NCBI RefSeq assembly: GCF_009914755.1
Contig: NC_060932.1
DNA length: 64,000 bases
Strand: one strand, 5' to 3'
Origin: the human T2T-CHM13v2.0 reference genome, Homo sapiens
Shown here: positions 41,301-54,230 of the stretch, in pieces
How the letters are laid out: each line of letters starts with the position of its first letter
Position numbering within the stretch: position 1 is the stretch's first letter
Translations under genes and position numbers: made by a program
The notes under the pieces: model-generated
Databases searched by the model: none
Told to the model about the DNA's origin: nothing
The model's input: only the letters and a program-made list of their open reading frames with translations

Positions 41301-42925
41301 TCTTCTTATATCCCACTGATGAATTCTCAGTATCCAGAACAGTGTCTGGTATATATTAAGCCCCCAGTAAGTTTTTATTCATTGAATAATATTACTTCTA
41401 AAAATTCCCCACTCTCCCAGCCTTTTATTCATTAAGACTCATGTTTGTTTAACAAGTACAAGAGTAAAGATGGTTCAAATAGTCAATCTCCTTTAATAAT
41501 AAAATAAAATAAACACAAATTCAAAGAATGTTAGTTAACTTCAATTTCATATATAAGCTATGGAACAAAGTGATAATAAACAGAATTTTTAAAATGAGCT
41601 ATGAAATAAGAGTTTGTGATTACATATAGTACTTGGAGGTGATTGCCTGCTAAACTCTTTGTAATTTCCACAGAGGTGTCTTAGAACTAAGAATTGTTCC
41701 CCTTCCCCAATTTCATACTCCCCCTATACATACACCAAGAGTTTTATAAATAAATTTATTTCAATATGAAGGTTAAATTTCCAAATGGTTTCAAATGGTT
41801 CTTCAGTGCCTGGGATTAATGTATGTGGTTAAAGAGGATGGTCAAGTTTATTCTCCTTAAATAGTAAATTAAAACTGTTTTAGAAATATTTTACTATTTT
41901 GATTCCAAATATCCCAAGAAATATAGAATGAAATACATAAAATATGTTACTCTGCTTTCACATTTATTACCTAGCAATGGTAAAATGGCAGTATATAAAT
42001 GTATGACAAATTGATAAAGAAATCTGGTAACTAAATCAGCTTCCTGCATTTCAAATATCTGTGCAAAAGAGCCAGATGGTGAACTGAAAATCTGCATGAG
42101 TGCTGACTTTTAATGAAAACACTTACATGCTCTTCATGGCCACAATTAGTATAGCTTCTCTGCTTTCCTCCCTTGATGTTAGGATCTTGTTAGACTGACC
42201 TCTTATGTCAATAAAACCAGCTTCAAGTTCACATGCAAACACATTCATAGCAAGCAACCTCCCCTGTTAGTTAGAAAGGTTAATCAAGGTAAAGCCCTTG
42301 GTAGATGCAGGATATTCATTTCTAAATTGAAAAGTCCTCTTGATATTAAAGTTTGAAGGGAAAAATATTTGCTAACCCTATAAAATTGAATTACCATCAA
42401 GCAAGGGAAGTGGTTCTGCATATTTCATACATGAAAAGGAAATATTTGGTATTCATTCAATTTTTTCACTTATAAGTCCTGTCTCAGAGACATTGCACAT
42501 ATATGAAAAGGAAAAAAAAGCATTAAATTAATGCAATACCATTCCAATAGTTTGGCTCATTTTTTTTCCTGGAGCCCTTTTTTTTTTTTTTTTTTTTTTA
42601 CTGCTGTGAAAAAAATAAGAATATGTAGGACATAGAACAGCAGTTCTCAGACATTTTATGCTTCATGAAAACCTCATCTGAACAGCTGTTGTTCAGGGCT
42701 GCTAAAGAGAAATGGACATCTGTTATACAGACATCTTGCTTTTACTAATATTAGTTTTCTTAAAATTGTAAGTAACATGGATTGGAATATCCATCTGTCC
42801 ATGTTCTTGGTGTAAATACAAGCATTTTAGCTTTGAGACTTTCCTTCCTCAATATTTACTTTCAGAAATTCAAAATGAGAAAGAGCTGAAAAGATAGCAG
42901 TAGTTCTACTATAACACAGAGAAAA

Positions 42926-43497
42926 TGAAGGGAATTTTTTTCCTTTCCCCTGAAGGTTTGAGTCCCTTGAAATAAACTGACAATAGAGTAACAGTAGAAG
43001 AGGCATACAAATTTATTAATGTGCAAAAAAGCACGGGAGCCATACAAAATACGAGACTCAAAGAAGAACCGGAGAGTTGAGTCTTAAATTCTCTATTCAC
43101 AGGAGAGAGGGAAAGTGGGGATGTAGGCAATTTTGAAGGGAGGTAAATGATTTTCAGAGGAATTTAATGGGCCCAAAGAACAGACGGTAGCTTGTGACAA
43201 AGTCTGCCTAGGTGTGATGACATTCCTCAGTCTTTCTTCCTGCTATATAAACTTAATCATCTCCGGTTAATAAAATTTCAGGGAGGCAGTTGAAGGCAAC
43301 TGTGTTCCTTATGGAGGAGCTTCAGATAGGAGAACTTCAGAAAGAGTTCCACCTGGCACTTAGGGGAAGAAACAGGAAGAGGTCAGAAAAGTTCTTGGTT
43401 CTGAAGCTGTTTCTAAACCCTTTTAATTTCCTTTAGTTTAAAGTGCTCAGCATGCTAAAGTGTCACATGCTCAGGTACCGTTTTCTGAGCCCCAACA
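42926..43497 (-). mobile_element. ERV1 MER34-group solo LTR
   Basis: Reverse complement begins tgttggggctcagaaaacgg...gcatgctgagcacttt and ends ttcccttca. Confidence 0.8.
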
Positions 43498-43869
43498 AAG
43501 GAAACTTGTATTTAATATGGAAGATAATAATTCCACTGATAATGACTTTGAAAATTATCAACTCTCCTCTCATTTCTAGGGCATGAAGGATCTTATAAAT
43601 GTTAAGCACCTTCAGTATAACCCTGTCTCTAACACGATTTTCAGACATATTGCACGTGTCTTTTGATATCTGCCCTATCCAGACAATGCTGGCTAATGTG
43701 GTCTATCCTAAGAAATATTTTGAAGAGGAAATTTAGCTTGATCTTTTAAAAAAAAAGTGTTGGATGTTGACGAGTAGAGAAGAAGAAGCGTGATAATTTT
43801 AAATGGAGGATACAGATGAGGGGAAAAGAAAAGGAGTAGGTACTGTGCGCCATATGAACCCAGATAATA

Positions 43870-44125
43870 TGGCCTTTAAGACCATGGTCTCTGCAGTCAA
43901 CCAAACTGGCTAGAGCACAGCTTCTCTCCCTACTAGCAAATGACTTGAGACAGATTTCCAGATCTCTCTGCTCCTTAGTTGGATCATCTATAAAATGGGG
44001 ATAATAATAGTACTTACCTCTACAAGTTGTTATGCAAATTACATTAGTACGTGTAAAGAGCTCAGAACAATTCCTCCAAATCATGAGTACTCAATAAACT
44101 ATTATTATCATCATCATTATCATTA
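43870..44125 (+). mobile_element. MIR SINE
   Basis: catctataaaatggggataataatagtacttacctc...tactcaataaactattattat. Confidence 0.8.
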
Positions 44126-44329
44126 TTGGCACACAAGATATGTTTATTGAATAAATAATTCAAGAATGTGTCAATTAATGATAGTAAAGAGATAGTAAGG
44201 AGACAAGCCAAGACTGAGTAGAGGTAGTGAGAACTATACTTGGAAAGATCCTTCCAGAATTTACATTTTCTTGTTTTGAGCTCTCTCTTTGTATTTAGGC
44301 TCTGTGAAGCCAAAGAAGACTTAGGTTCA

Positions 44330-44575
44330 ACTATAGGGTGATTAAGAGCAAGGCCTCTGGATTGGGATTGACTTGCATTTACATTCTAATTCTAGCCCAT
44401 ACTATTGCTTGACCTTGGAAATTTGTTTAGACTTCAGCTTTCTCAACCATAAAATCAAGAAAATAATAGCATCTACTTCAAAGTCTTGTTGCAAAATTTA
44501 AAAAGTCTTGTATAGCTTTTTACCACAATAAGTGAATCAGTAAGTATTTAGTAAATAGTGACTTTATATTATTTT
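44330..44575 (+). mobile_element. MIR SINE
   Basis: gtgattaagagcaaggcctctgga...tgaccttgg...aataatagcatctacttca. Confidence 0.7.
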
Positions 44576-45494
44576 TACTATCATTTCTCCCCTTTTCCCT
44601 GAGAGCAACATTTTCTGTATAAGTAAAGTACATAATTGGATGTGTATATAGGTCTGGGGTTGGGTTGGGTCCTAGGGTGGTAGTGCCTTCTGGGCAGAAA
44701 ACTACATTTAAGCAGAAATGAAATTATAAAATTCAGAACAATGATGCAATTATATGAAAGGAAAGAACTGGAGAGGTAAAAGATCTGTTAAAGGGTGAAT
44801 CAGTCAGTCCTCTGGGATGCTGCCTGATTAACTATAAGGAGTAAAGGCAAAGAAGTATGTGGATTCCAATTAGCAGCAATGCAAGGCACCACTGACTCAA
44901 TTACTAGTCAATATTGACCTCAAATATCTAGAAGATCTGCACAATAACTTAAAAAGAGCTTTCCTATATACCACTTCATATAGTTTTCATAACATTTTTA
45001 TAATGTGTATTTTATTATAATGTTTCTTCTTTAATAGGTACGGGAAAAAATTTTCCCAGAGAGGAAGAAAACACTCCCAATGTAACCAGTAAGTGGTACA
45101 ATCAGATCTCTCAATCTGGTTTCTAATTTGAAATTCCATGGTCTTTCTATGATATTATTGCCTATCTGGAAATTAGGTTGTCTCTCAGGCCTTGTCTGTA
45201 TAAATCAATTATGATGAAACAGTTGATAGGTTTTCCAATATTGAAAATTGAATTTGACCAATTGATTTTTTCAGACATTCCTGTCTGATTCAGTAGGAGT
45301 GTGAATCCCTTAGGGTCAGTTCAGGTTCATTCATGGAAAAAACCCAGAGATTATTCTTAGTCCCCAGGCAACCTTCAGTGTGCAGACAAACTGAAGGTTG
45401 TTTGGTTGTTAGATTGAAAGTGGTCAATTTGGTTGATCTTCATCCAATACTGAATCAAGTGAGAAGCAGACTATGATGAGAATGTTGTCTGGCA

Positions 45495-45682
45495 TAGTGA
45501 TTCTCAAAGCATGGTCCCCAGACTAGCAGCAACAGCATTCCCTAGTAAAACATTAGACATGCAAATCCTCAAACCTGAGTACAGACATAATGAGTCAAAA
45601 ACTCCTGAGGTAGGGTTCAGCCATCTGTTTTTTAACAAACCTTTTAGGTGATTCTGATGCATATTAAGTAAGAGAACCACTG
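45495..45682. mobile_element. MER5A hAT MITE
   Basis: TIRs agtgattctcaaa / gagaaccactg. Confidence 0.85.
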
Positions 45683-46214
45683 ATACAGAAAAAATGCCTT
45701 ATGAAAGCATTAATTTCGTAGCATAAGGCATGCTGTATTCAGCTTGGCATTCAGATTTCCCAAAATATTATAGTTGTCTAATAAATGTTTAGTAAATCAA
45801 TGAATGCAAAACCAGACGTGGTAGGCAATAGCACTATCTGTAGATTTAAAACATCTTTATACATCTTTATTTTCATATTTTCTGTACAGTTTTCCTTTTA
45901 TTCCTTGAGACATGTTTTAAATATTTATTGGCTGGTTGCTAATGTGTTGCCTGTAAAAATCAACTGGCACAATTATATAGTGAGTGTGGGTCAAGGAGAG
46001 CAAAGATTATCTCGACGTGGTGTCTTAGAAAACATAAAAATAATTGATGATCTGTTAAAGTAACACTTCACATGTTAAAACAGAAAGTTATTTATTAATA
46101 GGAAATTTACATATTTATATATTTTTATGTAGTATTGGTGATCTGTAGTTACTGTATATACTTCAAGGAAGGCCCTGAAAGAGATTAAGACAATACGAGC
46201 AAATTACAGTGCTT

Positions 46215-46772
46215 AAATTCCAACAGCAAGCACCTGAAGAAGTTCCCCAAATGATTTACACCTCCCTCTACTTAAGGCTTTGGTAGTCTCCTCCCACAGG
46301 CAATTTGGTCTGACCCTGTGTAAAATACTTAGAAGACGCTGCTTGGTTTTTGAAGCTCTGTCACAGGTAGCCTTGCAGCTTCTGTCTTGCTTTCTTGAAA
46401 TACACATCCAGGGGTGGAGGTGGGGAAATAGCCACCATATAAATAGTCCTACTCTCTTGAGACTGCCATCCTGTGAGGAAGCCCAAGCTAGCCATGTGGA
46501 GAGGTCGTGTGGACAGAGTGTTGCAATAGCTGGCCCAGCTGAGTCATCAGCCATTTGAGTGAAGCATCTGTCTTAGACATCCAGCTCAGCTCAGCCTTCT
46601 GATCACTCACCTCAGCCACCAGTTAACAGCAATCCCAAAAAAGACTCTAAAAGTGGGAAAAGTGCAGATGAGCCCAGTTAACCCACAGAACTATGAAAGA
46701 TAATAATAAATTGCAGTTCTAAGCTGCTAAGTTTTGAAGTGGCCTTTTACACAAAAACAGATAAAAGAAACA
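46215..46772 (+). mobile_element. Old MLT1 MaLR LTR
   Basis: gaggaagcccaagctagccatgtggagagg...taagctgctaagttttg. Confidence 0.7.
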
Positions 46773-46993
46773 TTAATGTTTAAACAATCTTTAGGTTAAT
46801 AATCACAGAAATAAAATATATACATGAGTGAATATTAATCTGATTTTGCTATTGCTGATTATTTCTATCATTTTATTTCAAAGTTACACAAATTTTGATT
46901 TAATACTTAAATGTGATAGAAGTATCCTCCAAATTCTGCCCTTTTCTACTGATGTGATTTGATCAACAGAAACCTGGAAAAAGCTGAATTTTA

Positions 46994-47299
<306 letters not shown>

Positions 47300-48789
47300 G
47301 CTGAATTTTATACCTGACCATTGTAGCTGTTTTGTGTACACAATATCACTTATCAAATTACTCTCTGTTGAGCTCTGAGCCATAAGAGAGGAGGAAAAGA
47401 TAAGAACAGCACAGCAAGTAACAAAGCTTAGAATATAAATGAGAATGGTTGAAAGGCAACTCTAAAGGGTATGCTTCGGGAGGTTAATATGCTTAATAAG
47501 ATGTAAGCACATTTGTATTTTTATTCATATCACTGTGCTTTGTACATTGATAAATAGTGGATAAAGAGGAAGTACTCCTCTTTAATTATTTGCTATTAAA
47601 CATATTCAGCCACTGCGTTTTTCAACTGTACCTTGTTGTTAAAGAGGAACTATGCGAAGAAAGCTGATAATGTATAGTCTTGTTTTGTACATTAGAATAT
47701 AAATCACAGCAAGAAACCAGATTGCTGCTAGAATATTATTAGCATGGCCCTTTCAATACACATAAATGGATTCATCCCTTACAAATAGGTAAATACCCAA
47801 AATCTAATTCTGTATCATACTTTTTAAGTAGTTTGATTATTTTGATCATCATGAAACAGAGTTAGATTAATAATATAATTAGTACTTGGAATTCACTATT
47901 AATAAGCTGCTTGATTTACTATCTTCTAGGATTTTCATTAACAAAAGACATTTATCCCAGCTCAAAGAACACTATTTTTCTAGACCAATGGGTGTATGTT
48001 TATCCTCCAATTATCTCCTGACAACTTCATCCCACAGAACCAATGTGACATAATTGAATGAGCTATGGACTGCAAGTCAGCAAGCATCAATTATTTAACC
48101 AATACTGTCAAGCTGTCATGAAATAGCAGGCCCATGTTAGATTCTGGCGTGCACAGTCCCTCTTCATGTGGATTTTAACATCTACTATGTTCTGTTTCTG
48201 ACCTTGTCATAAGGTAGAATTGTGAACGAGAAGTCGTGTGACATTAAACACATTAGTTAATGACTCTGACTTTGGATTGTCATCTATGAAATGAGGCTGA
48301 GGAGGTGACTACCAATATGTCATTATTCCAACATCTTGAGGCTAATTACTTAAGTTCTGAGCAAACCACATTTTCATCAAAATACAGTGCTTCATGATTC
48401 CATGAAAGAAAAAATAATAATAAGACTCTTTTTATCTGAATAATAAAAGTTTACTAAATTTTAAATCCTACTTCTGTCTTAAATACATTTTACTTTTCTT
48501 CTGTTTTAAAAATTGTATTGCCTAAAAATCTCCCTGGATGCTCCACTGGTTTATGCCTTTCAAAAGCTTTGCACTGAGTGCCCACAGCTAAAGTAAACTA
48601 GAAGAGCCATGTGTACTTCTAGTGTTCAAAATTATCTGTAGGAGACAATTTTCTTTTAAATATGGAATAGAGTGGTAAATATACTTGATAACTATTTTGG
48701 AAACACTAACCAGGAACACCCAATATGACCTGGCTGGCAATCAGGGAAGGCCAAGTGCTTCTCTTATGTAATGAGCTATTTCTCTAAAA

Positions 48790-48982
48790 AACACTATTGG
48801 AATATTGTATGAGACTAGTCTTCATTGTGTTAGGGTGTCTCATGGATTGAAGGCCATTTAGCACCTCCTGTCTAATATCCAATAAATGGCAGTAGTCATC
48901 CCCAGCCCTGTGATAATCAAAAATATTCTCAAATATTTCCACATATTCCCAGGAAGGGGATGATACCACTGGGTTCAGAGTT
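48790..48982. mobile_element. MER20-like hAT MITE
   Basis: cactattg...tttagcacctcc...tgtgataatcaaaaatattctc resembles the MER20 consensus. Confidence 0.6.
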
Positions 48983-49578
48983 TTATAACCTTGCATCTGT
49001 CAAGATGGTTTAGACAAGTCTAGAGGATAAATGAGTATCTACTTGAAAATAACAGGAGAGAAAATGCAATGAATGAATTCAGCAGTCCTCTGTTGTTCAC
49101 TTGGTCTGTAGCAACAAGATGTGCCTTATCTTAATTTCCAATTCTTTGGCAATATTTTTTTTTTAAAGATCTGGCTAAAATATTGATGAAATATTTTCTT
49201 AAACCTCTTCTTTAAAATTCAAGAGGGAACACTTTGTTCAACAAAATAAAGTGGAGAGGAGAAATCATGATATACTCAACACTATAACATTGTCTTCTAA
49301 CCGACCAATGCAAAAGACAAATTCAAATTGATGTCATAACCTATAATCCCTTTTATGGACTGGGAAAGTCCAAGTGAGGAAAACTTGGAGGTTATATCTT
49401 AGCTAGCAACAGTATCTTAAAGGTTTGTTTTCTTTAAGTCCTTTATCTAATAAATTTGAGAGCCCAGAGGATTTAATAACCTGATATAATCAAACTTAAA
49501 AAAAAAAGGAAAACTATTAACTCTTTTTAACAGGTAACTCTGTTTGCCACTGGCGGTTACAGCTGTCTTTGCACATAA

Positions 49579-51122
49579 TGTCACAGGATCGTTGGGGTGT
49601 TGTTTTCCGGCTGGAAACCTCTGTGGCTGGTGGTGCCTTTGCCCAAGTTTCGGTCAGGCCCACTGAGCTCATTCTGTCCACTTGGCCTGGCAGGCTGCAC
49701 TTGGCTCGTGCTACTGACCTGAGTCCCATGCCTGCCAAGGGCGAGCCAGGCGCAGAGCAGTGAGGAGTATGTGAGTGAGCAAGTGTGGGGTCCAGCCACT
49801 GCACACAGCCAGGCTTGCTGGCTGTGGTGGGGCAGGCAGCTCCAAGTACCGGCACAGGCGCTGGCTCCCTGCAAGGCTGCAGCTGGACCAGGCATACTGC
49901 AAGCAGCTTCCATGACTGGCATCAGGGAACACGGTGGCACTGGAAGCTTGGAATCACCAGAACCAGAGATCCCCAAAGACGGTGTCACAACCCTGGCTTG
50001 GGGAGCTCCTAGGTCTGGGCTTCCTGAAGGGCAACTCTTTTCTCCTTCTAGCCCAGAATGTGGCAAGCAAAGGGCATGTTTCAGCTCTGTTTGTGTTGCA
50101 GCACTTTCAGACCCATCATTCTATGGGTCCCAAGTTGTTGCCCTGCATCCAGGAAGAAGGAAGTACACAGACAAGTGGAGGTGGAGCTAGGTGAAGAGGT
50201 GCTTTCTTGAGCAGTGGAACAGCTCAGAAGAGACCTGCAGTGGGTAGCTCCTCTCCACAGACAGGTTGTCCCATTATCTGCCCATCTCTCAGCAAAGAGA
50301 GACCCACAGTGGACAGCTCCTCTCTGCAGGCAGGTCATCCCCTCATCTGCCCCAGTCTGGCTGAGTCTGGGATTTTTATGGGCTTCAGAGGGTAGGAAGT
50401 GCATGCTGATTGGTCCATGGGTGGCCACGGGTAGGCCCATGAAGAATACCATAAGTTCTCACTCCTGTCGGTGGAACTGGCAGCCTGGTCTGCAGGCCTC
50501 AGGCTGTCCCTGGCCTGAAGATTGGGTTTCACTTGGGATCCACCTTTTTCTGCCCAGGAGCCTGTCTGCCTCCTGCTGCCATTAACCTGCCATCCACAGT
50601 GCCTGCAGTGCCAGGCTGTTCATGCCCAGGCATGCCTATAGGCCAAGATGAGCCACCCTTAGCTTCCCCTCAGCCTCCCTCCCATGCTCATCACCCCCCA
50701 CTCCTCAGGCTCCTTGGCACCCAAAGTCCAGAGGGGGCTGAGGCAGCAGGGGTTTGGTGTGTCAGTCCTGCCCTGAGCGTGCACACACAGCCGGGTCATG
50801 ACAACAACCAGGCTGAAATTGGAGTTCGCGCCAAGAGTCGGGAGAGGCCAGGTGGCAGGAGCAAGTACGTCCAAGCCTGCAAGGTCAGGGGTGCTTCCCG
50901 GGCCCTCGAGATTGCAGAGATGCCCAGGTCCGCAGCCCCAGCTGGGTGGCTGCAGCCGCTCCCTGGAGGGAGAGAATCCCGCCCCTCCAACTTGGAGGGG
51001 AACGGGGCTTCCGCCTGTTCCAAGCTCCCCCAGCTCTCTGGAACATACAGCCCCAGCTGCCCTTCCCCCACTGCAGCTGGCATCATGGCAGCAGCACTCC
51101 AGACAGGCCGTGGCTGCCATCA
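49579..51122 (-). mobile_element. MER52 (ERV1) long GC-rich solo LTR
   Basis: Reverse complement starts tgatggcagccacggcctgtctggag and ends accccaacgatcctgtgaca. TSD-like ataa / ttaa. Confidence 0.9.
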
Positions 51123-51742
51123 TTAATACATAGAACTACTAATTATTCACCGACAGAGTGGCAATTAAAGTTTATCCCAGCATGAAACTACTGGAAAGCA
51201 ATAAGCCTGTTCTCTTATGCTGACCCACTTAAAAAGATTTAAATTGTATCTAGTTTAAATGTTACTAAGTCAATGAAAATTATGTGTTGGGCAGCACTAT
51301 ACTACAGATTGCAAGTTCTATGTGCATTAAATTGCTGTGAAATATCAATGAAGCCTCTCGTGCATTTATATTCCAGCCTAAAACTGTGTTGGTTTTAACC
51401 TAGCCATGCCGGCTCAATTTCTTACACAGGAAGCCTCATTAAGGGACACACTAGGGTAGCTCCTCATTCTTCTGTCTACATGGAAACATCTATCAACCAG
51501 TTCTAAATAGTGCTTCACAGAAAGTATTAAACCATTTCTAGACATTGTCCACATGCTGGATGCCAGACAACTCAGTATTTGAGAATAATAATGTTTCTGT
51601 ACAAAAAAGAAAATGAATTTTTTTCTTTATCTTTTACTGTTACTCTGGTTGTTGCCTTCATTTTCCTTGAGTTGCTTCATTAAGGTGTCATTTCACAACT
51701 GTAGGCTTATTTGCTCATGAAAATACATGCAGGTGTACACAT

Positions 51743-51759
51743 GCACACACACACATACA

Positions 51760-51793
<34 letters not shown>
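51743..51793. repeat. (CA)n microsatellite
   Basis: Seen directly. Confidence 0.95.
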
Positions 51794-54094
51794 TTTTGTC
51801 CCACAAATTATATGAAAAGCACCAAGAATGTTTACTCAAGGCATAAATTATTAAGATCTCAGAAATTTTTCCTTATTAAATTTTTATCTTGTTGATTTAA
51901 TCACACACATTTAATCACCATAACAATGATATGATTGCATTTAGGAAAATCTCACAATAAGCACAAAAAAATGAAACAGTAGTCTCTAGTAATATTTTCA
52001 ATCAACTACAAAATTGAATATGAAAATAATATAGACTATGCAAGCCGAGGAAATCAAGAAAGAAGGCATTTAATACTTGCTCACATCAATATAGAACTAG
52101 TCCAATAACAGCCACCAATGTTTTCAGTAATCCAGCTTGTAAATGTCTTTAGCAAAGTAACCTATTCTTCTGCCCCAGGAGATTATCTCATAATCCAATC
52201 AATAGTAAGACGGTTTTCACTAACTACCTTAGTCTATTTCCTGGTACTAGATAATAATGTTTCCCTTGTTGATTTTTAAAGCTTTCATGTATCTGTAAAT
52301 AGTTTTCTTACAATTTCTCAGATGCTATTTAGCCCAATAAAAATCATCTATCTATCTATTTATATGCTTATATTATATAATGCTGGTCAAACACACACAC
52401 ATCCACACATATATGCACACACTCGCCCTTTGTGGAAAAGAGACTCAAATCAAATCAGTTTTCCTTACTTGCCAATTAGAGTTAGTTTTAACACCAATTA
52501 AGTTTGCAACATTATTCATGGTTAGGAATATGCAGGGAAAAACATTTTTTCTCTCAAGAATTTTTCCATTTAAGATGTACAGTTAAGATAACCGTAGCCT
52601 CACATGTGGAAAACTGAGAGTGAAATAGGGAGTGGAATTCTGTCATCTCTACTTCCAAGGCCAATAATTGTACAAAAATTGTACATTTGGTAAGACAGAT
52701 AATCTTTTAAATACATGTTATACCATGACTTAATAGAATAAAATAAAAACAATTCTGTTCCTTGCAACCTCTGTATAACTGCATTTACTTAAATCAAAAT
52801 TAGATTAAAAAGCAATTGGACTCCATAGTTTCCACTGGCCATACCAAATTTGTTCTAATTTTTATGCACAAGAATATGTTAATTTGTCTGCCGGACTCAA
52901 CCAACATGTTAAGCAATGTTCTGAAAATAATAGAGCTAATTCTGAAGTAAGCACCATGTCTGTGGTGTCACCTACTCATGAAGATAAGCCCTTTAACTAG
53001 GATGCTTGTTGAGCTATCTTCCTAACATAAAACCAAGCTCTATGTCCCCTTTTAATTATCTTAGTATTACTGAGACCTAATTAATAGAAAGAACTCCAAA
53101 ATGTCCTCTGCTGAATGATCTAGGCAATGGATCCAAGGGTCTCAATGCTAATTTCTGAAGTATGCACAAGGATGTTCATTTGGAGGACAAAGGCAAATGC
53201 TGGGGAATGCAAACACATAAATGGAAGTTTAGGAATCACATGTGCTGGACTCATACTTCTGGGAGATTTGCCAATTCAGCGTTTCAACAAAAATAAACTG
53301 AATGCCTACTATGTGCCCAGTGCTGAAACCATAGCAGTCAACACATAGGCCAGGTACCTGTCATATGAACCTCATATCCCATACAGAGCTGTCACCTATA
53401 CCCTTAACAATGGATTTCAAAATGCCAGGAAACTGACTATGGAATTCTAAATAGGATTCACTTTTCACCTGATGGTATTTATTATATAGGGAATAAGAAC
53501 CACCACAATAGGCTGTGGCCATGCTGCTAACATGAATTCTAGAAGCTGGAGAGAGTTTGCAGTGCTCTCAATTCTGAAGTTCAACCTTTAGGCTTTTGTA
53601 GACTCCATGCCTTGAAAATGGTCATGGATCCCCTATCATTTCTTCCCCAAACTATTTCTTCTCCTCTCTGCTGGCCGTGAATCTGCATTTCTTGTTACTC
53701 TGATTAATAACTGACTAACATCTTGGGTTTCTAAATTACCTGAATTGATAGGAGGCTCTATTTGCTATCACCTTGCGTACCACCAGGCAAATAACACACA
53801 GCACTAAAAATAACACCCTTCAAAGTCATTGAATAAGTCAGGGAAAATATTTATTTCCTCTTCTTTCTCTTACCTATCCTCTTGCTTCCTCTTTTTTTCC
53901 CATTCTCCTTCTTTCTCTTCTTCCTCCACTCATCTCTCTTGTAGTCTTTACCTCCTTCTCCTCCTCCTGTAACTCCTCTTATTTGTTTTATTCTCTATCC
54001 CTATTTATTTATTGATTTAAAAGACACTCCCTGTCCCTTTGCCTCTTCAATGGGCCCTCTATTTATTCCTATTAACAAACTCATTATTTCATAT

Positions 54095-54230
54095 CTGTTC
54101 CAGGCTCCCCCAGCTCTTTGGAACATACAGCCCCAGCTGCACCTCCCCCACTGCAGCTGGCATCATGGCAGCAGCCACTCCAGAAGGCCACGGCTGCCAT
54201 CATTAATACATAGAACTACTAATTATTCAC
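54095..54230 (+). repeat. 136-bp dispersed direct copy of 51015-51150
   Basis: About 6 substitutions and two 1-bp indels relative to the donor. Confidence 0.97.

Noticed and set aside
49517-51185. Dense overlapping ORFs and high GC resembling a gene or CpG island
   Set aside because: Entirely within the GC-rich MER52 LTR.
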